This document shows, one piece after another, positions 53,401 through 64,000 of a stretch of DNA of 64,000 bases. The notes beneath the pieces were generated by a model that did not search any database, had not been told where the DNA came from, and saw only the letters and a list, made by a program, of their open reading frames with translations. This DNA comes from Pecten maximus (lineage: Eukaryota), in contig NC_047017.1 of the NCBI RefSeq assembly GCF_902652985.1, positions 21,018,001-21,082,000 on the forward strand, read 5' to 3'. The first letter of the stretch is position 1. Every line of letters begins with the position of its first letter. The translations under genes and the position numbers were made by a program.

Positions 53401-54469
53401 TGATATTATTTTAAAAATAAAGTTTACTAGCAAGAGCATAACAAATGCTTATTTTTGTAGAAAATACACTTTTTGAACAATATTGTAATATATTGGCCAA
53501 GACTCTTTTAAACGAGTAAGACATTCTTTCGATTAGAGAGCAAGAGTTAAAACAAATACTCTTCTGGATTATAAAGCACCTTTGGACAAGACTGTTGAGT
53601 TTAGCAAAATCTCTTTTGGAAAAAAAGCACTGAGAATTAAAGGTGATCTTCCTATATTTGTAGACTGTGTAGATGTTGCTTGATCCGGAACCTAAGATCT
53701 CAGCAGTAAAGTGTGGGTGAATGGAGGCAGTAAAAGTACTATAGGCTTGAGATCTGACATACCTGGGTAGTTTTACAGGTGCCAAAGTCTGTAGATGAAA
53801 GCCATCGGCAGACAGGTGGAACCACATCTCACAGAACTCCTGTCAGTGTAAGCATGTTACAGACTCAAGGGTATAAACATGCAATACTATGCTGATTAAA
53901 ACATTTCAACATAGCTATACTTTATTTAAAATTTCTTTGATGCCGTGGCCAAGAAAATCACAGAATGAGTTTCTACAAGTTAACAACATGTCATGGTTCT
54001 TTAATTGATTAAAAAAACCAGAATCCATTATTTAATTATTTCAGCATCCATTTTAGAATACTGAACATTCCAATTCCCCAACAGTCTTCATGTGCATGGT
54101 ATCTATTCTAAGTCAACAAATTTTTCAATGTACTAAATATAATCAAGAATATTTCTTTTATGTACTTTGTTCTCTCTTCCCTTGAGAGAGAACCTAATGC
54201 CAATGTCAAAGGATTAAAAAAGTTATAAATGTAGGGAAGTCCTCCGTAAACCTTGGTCAGAAATATAGACAACACTTGGACTGATGTAATTCACACACCA
54301 GCCTCAGGATACCAAACATGGCCCAATCCAAAACACACAAATCCTATAGGTAACTAAGACCCAAACCAAATATTATTCTGTTCCATATATACCAACCTAA
54401 GGCAACCATATAAGTTGCTGTTACCACACACACTAACCTTGATAAACAAAACAAGATATTGTTCAACAC

Positions 54470-54990
54470 GTGCTAACTGCAGGTAACCAAACATGACGAT
54501 GTCCAACATAAACCAACCTTAGGTAACCAAACATGATTCTGTCCAATACACACCAACCTCAGGTAACCAAACATGATTCTGTTCAATACACACCAACCTC
54601 AGGTAACCAAACATGATTCTGTCCAAGACACGTACACCAACCTCAGGTAACCAAACATGATTCTGTCCAACATAAACCAACCTCAGGTAACCAAACATGA
54701 TTCTGTCCAATAAAAACCAACCTTAGGTAACCAAACATGATTCTGTCCATCACACTCCAACCTCAGGTAACCAAACATGATTCTGTCCATCACACACCAA
54801 CCTCAGGTAACCAAACATGATTCTGTCCAACACACACCAACCTTAGGTAACCAAACATGATTCTGTCCATCATACTCCAACCTTAGGTAACCAAACATGG
54901 TTCTGTCAAACACACACCATCCTCAGGTAACCAAACATGATTCTGTCCAATACACACCAACCTCAGGTAACCAAACATGATTCTGTACAA
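54470..54990. repeat. 40-bp minisatellite, ~13 copies, with degenerate copies from ~54290
   Basis: Unit ccaacctcaggtaaccaaacatgattctgtccaatacaca. Confidence 0.94.
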
Positions 54991-55365
54991 GCCAATGCCA
55001 AACAAAGTTATGGCTTACACCATACATCCAGGCACCAAAGGCAGGCATTACTGTGTTGGCAAGGGATACTACATTACGAAACTTATTGCCAGACTTTGTT
55101 GAAAAGTGAGTTTTCTGGGTGTAAATATGTTTCGGTTTTAGCCTTGGCTGTAATCATGTATCTTTATTTGGGTCGTAAAACTTGTAGTCAATATAGAAAA
55201 TGACAGACACCGTGTCTTATAGATGCCCCAGTTCCAGAGGAATTAGCATTCATAACCTAGTAGACATCTCATCATTGCTCCTCTACTGATTCAATAATTC
55301 ATTACCCTGGTACCAGTCTGTGTGCATTACCCATATATACTCAACTATATCAGATGAAGAGGCTA

Positions 55366-55510
55366 CAGAAAAACCAAACAATAGTTGATATACTTAACCA
55401 AATACTCAATACCAGAAAAAAAAAAACAATAGTTGATATACTTAACCAAATACTCAATACCAGAAAAAAAACAATAGTTGATATACTTTAACCAAATACT
55501 CAATACCAGA
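55366..55510. repeat. ~45-50 bp tandem triplication
   Basis: aaacaatagttgatatacttaaccaaatactcaataccaga x3. Confidence 0.85.
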
Positions 55511-55939
55511 GAAAACAGACTTAAAATAAGATTAATTCTCTGTACCGATAAGGCAAGTCTTTTTTTTTTGTCTTTTTTTTTCAATTTTTGTTAAGCTTTC
55601 ACATCCATAAAAGCTATATATGAAACACACTAGCAGACAGCTAGTGCAGCCAAGTAGATATCTGATTTCTATAAGGAAAATCTTGGTAGATTGAAAGCAA
55701 GATGGCCGTGTTTAGGAAATGGATCAACTATATGGCTCCAACACATTGTCAGAAGCAATGATGTACTGTAATATAATGATGGGAGTAGATTGTTTTATTT
55801 TTGTATTGTTTTTGACTGACTTTTATACTGGTCAATCACAAGCAAGACAAAAAGGAGGATCTGACTTTTGTAAAATACAAGCAAGACACAAAGGGGGACC
55901 TAACTTTTGTAAAATATAAATGTAAGTGTTTAGTATAGC

Positions 55940-56400
55940 TTCATCTTGACTCAAATGTAAGTGGGCAACTTTTTGACCTCTTGGTACAAATGTAAGAGGG
56001 CACTTCTTCTTGACTAAAATGTGTGAGGGCAACTTCCTCTTGGTACAAATGTGTGAGGGTAATTGCCTCTTGACTCAAATGTATGATGGCAATATTCTCC
56101 AGACACAAATGTCTGAAAACAACTTTTTGCCATAAATGTGTGAGTACCACATCTTCTTGACTAAAAAATGTATGAGGGCAACTTCCTCTTCGAATCAAAT
56201 ATGTGAAGGTAACATCCCCTTGACTCAAATGTGTTAGGGCAATTTTCTCCTGACACAAATGTCTGAGAACAACTTCTGCGTATAAATGTGTGAGGACAAC
56301 TTTTTCTTGGTAAAAATGTGTGAAGACAACTTCTTCTTGGCACAAAGATAAAAGGGAAACTTCCTCTTGACTTAAATGTGTGAGGGCAACTTCCTCTTGG
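55940..56400. repeat. Degenerate ~30-bp minisatellite, ~15 copies
   Basis: Unit aaatgtgtgagggcaacttcctcttgactc; explains the 10-aa-periodic ORF 55941-56345. Confidence 0.85.
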
Positions 56401-59400
56401 TGTGCTTGAGAATTGCAAATAATTAATCATTATTTTTTCAAACCAACTGCACTGCCAATTGATTCTAATACAAATTACTATGGAAGCTTAAGGTGAAAAA
56501 TCAGAGCTGAATACCTGGTATTGTCCAGTTCCAGATTTCAGAAAAAAAAATGGTAGAATTAAATAGCATGGCAGTTTCAGAAATGATAGATGCTTTTCTG
56601 GAAAAAAACTAAAGGAAATATGCTGACAAAATTCAAGTTGTCATCTTATGTGAATAAGACACATTTTGACAAAGAGAGCTGCTACTATATTTCTGCACCA
56701 ATCAGCTCTCTCTGTAAACAGCTCTTTGGCATGTCAATAGGCCCTAGGCGTCCAATCCATATCACAAAGTGACAAGTGAAGAATCCAGGTCATTAGGGAC
56801 CCAGTAAGCAGTGGTGCAGTATTAACATGATACAGTATAGTGAAAACCATCAGATACACTGTTCTACACACACGCGATAACATCATCTATAACGGCCAAA
56901 TACATGAAAGATTCTCAATAGTCATATGGATAGGTTTTCATCCTGCTCAACTGAAGTTTCGTTCCATATAGTCGCTTTAGTCTTTTGTAAAGGCAGTAGG
57001 GTAAAAAAAAACTTCTCTAAAAGAAAAGGTTGATTAGTTATAGATCTATGAAGGATTTTACAAACAAGCAACTACTCAAAGCCATTTTGGAAGAAAGAAT
57101 TATTTTAATACATCTTTATGTAAGTGTTAAAATGATCATGCAAGAAGAACAAGAGAAAGAAGAACAATAGAAAGACAAGGAGAATTAATTCAAAACAAAA
57201 TTAGATAAGCAAGAAGATTTTTTAATTTATAAAACATGATAAATACATAAATGCCTTCATCACCAATAAAAACAAATTCTAAAGAGATTAATCAAATGTC
57301 TTTGAAATGCATAAGATCTGGCTGACCTTGACTTGAAATAACATCAATTTGTATATCTTTTAGGAAAGGGGGTCAATCATTCTGTGTTTGATAAATACTG
57401 TACAGCTTCGGATCATATCAATAAAGCTTCACTGAGAAGGTGTCTTACATGATTCAAAACTGTCTTAGTTACACCTGACAGGTAAGGTATATATGTAAAA
57501 CATAATGGAGGGTAGACATGCAGATGTCAAACCTCATTAAAAAAAATCATCAAACCACAAAAAAGAGCCTAATGATTATTTAATAAAGATTACCTTTGAT
57601 GTTGATGAAAAGACTGCTGACATCCAAACTTATCAGCACATCCCAATCAAACCATTAGGTTTTGGCATTAATTCTGCATGTCTGCTATAAAAAAATTATT
57701 TTCTACCCCAAAAGTAACACTACAATTTGTAGTCTTTGTTAGAACTTGTTTTTCATTGACACTAACAAAATGGCCTTGTAATTTTCAGATAATCAATTTG
57801 GAAGAATTGAATATTTCATATGGCACAAAAGTTGTTTGAAGTCTAGATAATCAATTAGAGAATTCAGTCATAGAGACACAATGGATGTTGCCTGAATCTA
57901 TGTCGGAACAATGTTTGACATATAGTAAAGAGTTACTATTGTGTAATACAAACATTTCCAGGAGACTGCTGTGAATGACCATGTTATTCAAGACACAATA
58001 GAAAAGCATAAAACTGCTGGTTTTATTACAGTCTACCCGTATTCTTTAGAACAAAACCAGCATCAGTTGAGTTACGACAATAATTACACACAACTTTCCT
58101 ACAAGATCGGACTCCCACTGGCAGTAAAGGACAGCCATTGATCATAAATACACAGTTACCTCTGTATACCTTTCATCTATGTTGTCAATAAGTGGACAAT
58201 ATCACCGAATCAATACCATTTTGTATATATGATTATTTATCAATTTCTTTCCTTCCTTTTTATTTTATAATTTTCTTTCATGTAACAAAACCTGCATTGC
58301 CTTATGTTGGTATAATCTGCATGTGTACCAGTGTTATTCAAGATCAAATAATAATATACTACATTTATAATGTAATGTTTATTGATTATTTCTGGAAAAT
58401 TTTAGTTGAAACTGTTAAATATATGTTGGAGACATATCTGAATATGGTATACAGAGTACATATGTACTAACGACCCTGATCGCTATATATTAGAAGTAGA
58501 GTACGATTATATTGACAAGCTATTTCCGATGGTCCAACAATTACCATCATGGGATATTAAGTTGGCCGTAACTAGGCACCAGACGTAGTATAATTACCAA
58601 GGAAATGTCCTCTTGCCCCATTCTGAAAGGTTTATTTGTCTCCCAATATTTGAGATAATGAAGTGCTTCCCTCTTATCGGGTGGCGTTCTTTATACAGCT
58701 ACCACAATTAACATTGTTCATTGTTCAGACCGAACATCTTGTTAATTTGTAGCAAGAAAATTTATGCAAGATTGCATATTGTATGAGAATGAGCTTCTCG
58801 TAAATCTACATTTAATCTTTATACTTAGAATTTTTTAATTCAGATATATGTTTTTTCCTAATATGATTACTCAACCCAAGTTAATGACCCAAAAAACAAC
58901 ACTATTTCTGCTTCATAATTCCAATATCAATACTCTGGATACTTTTGATTAGTATTTCATAAACTACGTGTCACAGTGATGGACCATGTCGAGCAGTGTT
59001 TTCTAGCAATGTGCCACACCCACATGTATAGTCTAGCTTTCTATTTGACGTCATGATGAAGCATTATGGAAACTTGCCATTTTGGCTCGCAGTTTAGAAT
59101 TTGATTGTCAGTTTTATCTGCTTGATATGTACATTGTCTTCAAAAAACTAGATTAGAATAGCATCAACTACAGGAAACTAAACTACCATGTTCATATTAC
59201 AAAAGGAAATGGTAAATAAAAATCTTAATTAGACCAGGTTTAGCTCTGTGACCTTGAACAGACAAGGTACAACAGTGCATACACAAAGTAATACAGCTCC
59301 TCAAGGACAAAACCTTCACCCGAATTTCATTGAACTTCAAAAATATATGGTTCCATCACCGAACAGCAGGTATTGGCTGCCAATTCCAAACAAGACATTC

Positions 59401-60594
59401 ATAAACTGCACACTTTCACTGCAAATTACACCTTTGACAATTCGTTATTGGGATATCTCCTAGAACAGTGAACAAGCATGACTTCTAGGATATCCCAGGC
59501 GGCAATAATTACCAGATGTATAATCTGTTTGTCATCTTCCAGCGTAATTATGTTGATAAAATTAGACGAAACCTGCTAACTTTGTTTCTCCTGTATTGTT
59601 TAGTTCTTCATAAGTTATTGGGTTCTTGGGAAGTTTTGCTGATGCTGTATAATAAACTACTGTCAGCTTTAATATAGTTAGACTTACATAATACACAAAT
59701 AACACGACAAGGTACTCAAGAACATGTATATGTATATACACCATTTCTTTTCTCTACAGACAACTGAAGCTTATTCAATAGAAACTTTAAAATATTTTTA
59801 AAGCTATACATATTTATCCATTTAACCATTTATCCATGAAAGTATGGAATCTAATTATAAATCTGTTTAAGGTAATTTATACGATTATGGTTATCATTTG
59901 AACAACAAAGAAGCTGTCTATAGCGTCCAAACAACAAGAACAGTCCCTCCTCAAAACGCCCCCAGGTAGAAGGTATATAATTGTGTCTGTTTAGATTATT
60001 CTATCATTTCTATTTATATCAGCTTTTAATCTTTCTTTTCCAGAAAAAATATAAACATATTGAATTTAAAACTCATTCTATATATTTTCTTAAAGTTTGA
60101 CATAACACCACTGTAGCAAAACTAGATTTTATTTTTCTACTGTTTGATAAACTTCCAGCATTGACAGAAAAACCTGGCAGATTAGACAAGAGTTGGATGA
60201 TGCTGGATATTAAGATCATGAAATTGTTAATTATTGATGTTGTTCAGCTCATAAGTCATTGCGGTAACCTTCGATACTCATATGCCTTACCTGACAAACG
60301 TCTTGACTGCATTGTAAGCATTCCTTATACCCAGCCATACACCAGTCCCCGTGGTCCTCAGTATAGCTACTGGGTGGTGTTATTACAGACATAATTCATT
60401 AATTATCTCACAAGGTACCCTGATAAAAATATTTCTGGCAAAGTCAGCTGGATCAAAGGGAACACATGTCCATCAAGTAGGCCAAAACGTCTAACTGGAT
60501 CATATATTTCTTTGCATAAATTTGCGGTATCATGCTATTTTGGCAACAAAGAAGATGACAACAGCAAAATATCAGTAAATTGATTGTCATTATA

Positions 60595-60826
60595 TATCCT
60601 AAATATTTATTATTTCATATGACTATTGACTTAAACTTTGTGGAAATCTGTTATTGTTGAAAATGCCAGGATAAAATATCAAACTGATATTAATGTAAAA
60701 TGTTAATTGTCGTATCCTAAATATTTATTATTTCATATGACTATTGACTTAAACTTTGTGGAAATTTGTTATTTTTGAAAATGCCAGGATAAAATATCAA
60801 ACTGATATTATTGTAAAATGTTAATA
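60595..60826. repeat. 118-bp direct tandem duplication
   Basis: tatcctaaatatttattatttc at 60595 and 60713; copies near-identical. Confidence 0.92.
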
Positions 60827-61266
60827 TATATATAGACAGGAATTTTTTGAGTCAAGGTCGATAAGGTCATTTTGATGTCCTGTTTGTAGTGGAATGTAGG
60901 AGAATAAAATAAGATGGCTCACTACAACTCACACACTCCGTCACACAAACAATCCTTATAAGGTTATACTTAGGCCTAATTTGATGACCAGAGGCTTGTT
61001 AAACAGTTACCATGGCAATCAGGTCTGTACAACCTCCTGTATTAGCTTGATGTGAAACATGGCCAATTTCACCCATTTTCACCTTCGTGAGTCGCAAATT
61101 TGCCAGTAATTCTTATTTATCCTATGCCATTTAGACAGAGCATGTATATCATTTCTCCAGTATTTATGATACCCCTTGACCATTTATCACTTCTTGGACT
61201 GAATGTATACCATTATCTTCAAAAGTTTACATGTCACCTAGGACAAAAACTGTTCTGAATCCTAAA

Positions 61267-61918
61267 ACACAGACTCTCTACCTCAACAGTCAACCCAGGA
61301 ACTGAACCCCATACACAGACTCTCTGGGTTCACCTCAACAGTCAACCCAGGAACTGAACCCCATACACAGACTCTCCGGCGACACCTCAACAGTCAACCC
61401 AGGAACTGAACCCCATACACAGACTCTCCGGGGACACCTCAACAGTCAAACCCAGGAACTGAACCCCATACACAGACTCTCTGGGGACACCTCAACAGTC
61501 AAACCCAGGAACTGAACCCCATACACAGACTCTCTGGGGATACCTCAACAGTCAAACCCAGGAACTGAACCCCATACACAGACTCTCCGGGGACACCTCA
61601 ACAGTCAAACCCAGGAACTGAACCCCATACACAGACTCTCCACCTCAACAGTCAACCCAGGAACTGAACCCCATACACAGACTCTCTGGGGACACCTCAT
61701 CAGTCAAACCCAGGAACTGAACCCCATACACAGACTCTCTGGGGATACCTCAACAGTCAAACCCAGGAACTGAACGCCATACACAGACTCTCTGGGGACA
61801 CCTCAACAGTCAAACCCAGGAACTGAACCCCATACACAGACTCTCTGGGGACACCTCAACAGTCAAACCCAGGAACTGAACCCCATACACAGACTCTCTG
61901 GGTTCACCTCAACAGTCA
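61267..61918. repeat. ~53-bp minisatellite, ~12 copies
   Basis: Unit acacagactctctggggacacctcaacagtcaaacccaggaactgaaccccat. Confidence 0.95.
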
Positions 61919-62459
61919 GTCATAGGGAGGCCCTCAGAAACCTCAGTAGTCTCTCCATGCCAGTAGCTGACCCTTGCATGAGGACTCTCAGGATATCTCA
62001 ACACCATATCCAGGAACTGAACCCCAGACAGATTTAATCATCTCTGCAGTACAAATCAGGGCCAAGACTGACCACAAGATTCCAAAGACAAGACTGACCA
62101 CTGACAATGCTATCCTGGTACCAAGGTCACAGCTTCTATATATACAGGGATCTTTTGACTACAGCATCCCAGTATTTCATATCATGATAATAATTGAATA
62201 AAAGCTTTGGAGCCATACAGCAGCCGTAAATGTCTCCTCTGGACAATGGTCAAGTTAGGCTTCACAAAGGCAAGAGACACTACAAGTGAAAAAGGTTGTA
62301 GTCCTTTCAAATGATGTTTTGGAAATCCATGATAATAGGAAGCAGCCTTGTTGACCTGTGAGTCAGTTCCTGTCAATACCAGGAACAGGCCAAGTCTGCA
62401 CCCAGACTGATTGATGGCCAACAAAATCAGTCATCTCATGGTGGATCTCAATGGCCACT

Positions 62460-63410
62460 GATAGCCTACATAGACAACTCAGCTTCCCACTAAACAGGTC
62501 TAATGGGCCTGTCACAGCCTACATAGACACCTCACCTTCCCAATAAACAGGTCTAATGGGCCTGTCAGAGCCTACATAGACAACTCAGCTTCCCACTAAA
62601 CAGGTCTAATGGGCCTGTCACAGCCTACATAGACAACTCAGCTTCCCACTAAACAGGTCTAATGGGCCTGTCACAGCCTACATAGACTCCTCACCTTCCC
62701 AATAAACAGGTCTAATGGGCCTGTCACAGCCTACATAGACATCTCAGCTTCCCACTAAACAGGTCTGATGAGCCTGTCACAGCCTACATAGACAACTCAA
62801 CTTCCTATTAAAGGACCAGTCACAGCCTACATACATATGCAGACAACTCAGCTTCCCACTAAACAGGCCTAATAGGGCTGTTACAGCCTACATAGACAAC
62901 CCAGCTTCACACTAAACAGGTCTAATGGGCCTGTCAAAACCTATATAGACACCTCAGCTTCCCACTAAACAAGTCTAATGGGCCTGTCACAGCCTACATA
63001 GACAACACTGCTTCCTAAATACAGGTCTAATGGACAACATAAACAACTCAGCTTCCTACTTAACAGGTCTAATGGGCCTGCCACAGCCATTGCAACATGG
63101 ACACCTCAGCTTCCCACTAAACAGACTAATGGGCCTGTCACAGCCTAATTCAACAACCTAGCTTCCCACTTAACAGGTCTAATAGGCCTGTCACAGCCTA
63201 CATATACAACCCTAGTCCACATATAAACAGGCCTAATTGACCTCTCACAGCATATGAAGACAATTCAGTCTGATTATACATATATAAGGTTTAATTGGCC
63301 TGTAAATAGCAGCCTACACAGACAATGATCAGGTTTAATGGGCCTATCACAGCCTACAAAGACAAGTCATTTTCCATATAAACAGGCCTAATGGGCCTGT
63401 CAAACCCTAA
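62460..63410. repeat. 53-bp minisatellite, ~18 copies, decaying rightwards
   Basis: Unit acagcctacatagacaactcagcttcccactaaacaggtctaatgggcctgtc, with internal inverted repeat acaggtc/ggcctgt. Confidence 0.93.
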
Positions 63411-64000
63411 CAAAACTGAGGGAGGGGAATTAGTCTCTTTTATATTTAGTAAACAACTTTGTCCACACAGGTATACACTCAATAACCTTTACGTTGATTA
63501 TGACATCACAATCAGATGTAGTAACATCATAATTAATCGGTAGCTGTGAAAACACGATGTCAAACAGAACTAATGTCTCTCTGTAAAAGTGGGCGGCAGG
63601 CAACCAGCTGCCTAGCCAGTTAATCATGTCACTAATAAGTAGCAAAGTAACAAAGACCTTTATTGTCATGGAAACCTGCATCATCATCACCCATCACACC
63701 TGTAGGTGAAATGTCAGGTGTCGTATGACTAAACCTGTAGTGTTATTACCCCTGGGTATATACCATACCATATACATTCACATAAAATACATCACCTGAT
63801 CCTCACCTGTTAGTTACCCATCTAACACATCATCAACCATCCGCCCTGCTAATTAAATATTAACACATCCCCTCCCCAGGGCGATACACGTTCTATCTGT
63901 TCCAGAGTTTACATGCCAACTGTAGCAAATCTCAAAGTTATTACCATATCATAAGTACTCCGGAGTGGAGGGTTTAATACTATAGTCAATGGAAATACTA

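Larger units (their letters stand above)
5204..64000 (-). other. Very large neurexin intron (>58 kb) upstream of the LNS2 exon
   Basis: No ORF resembling signal peptide, LNS1 or EGF1 in the rest of the window; content is repeats and AT-rich unique sequence. Microexons cannot be excluded. Confidence 0.7.

Noticed and set aside
53411-53827. 138-aa and other non-repeat ORFs (e.g. 12983, 42221, 46727, 49701)
   Set aside because: No recognisable domain, composition typical of random AT-rich sequence, no consistent exon chain.
60286-60300. Recursive-splice-like CAG|GTAAG (similar sites near 32258, 34996, 63802)
   Set aside because: A handful of AGGTRAG matches is expected by chance in 59 kb and the pyrimidine tracts are poor; nascent RNA data would be needed.

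Overview
AT-rich metazoan genomic DNA, most likely from a bivalve mollusc (inferred from a V-domain tRNA-SINE and a Helentron/HINE-type element). The only coding sequence I can support is two minus-strand exons (5060-5203 and 2910-3070). They splice in frame into the N-terminal part of the second laminin-G (LNS2) domain of an alpha-neurexin. I recognise no further exon from 5204 to 64000, so this appears to be one intron of more than 58 kb at the position of vertebrate neurexin splice site SS1; 1-2909 is the intron at the SS2 position. The large intron holds about 20 unrelated minisatellites, a complete HINE with an internal 155-bp array, a V-SINE (a second lies in the short intron) and a MITE. 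All long ORFs in the track are repeat artefacts. The most interesting signals are minisatellites that each multimerise a functional-looking motif: a CTCF-site array (17.1-17.6 kb), an array of in-frame 15-nt pseudo-microexons (33.5-34.9 kb), a G-quadruplex array (29.1-31.5 kb) and nuclear-receptor DR1 arrays. There is also a candidate 27-nt SS2 microexon. The motifs are visible in the sequence; their functions are untested inference.
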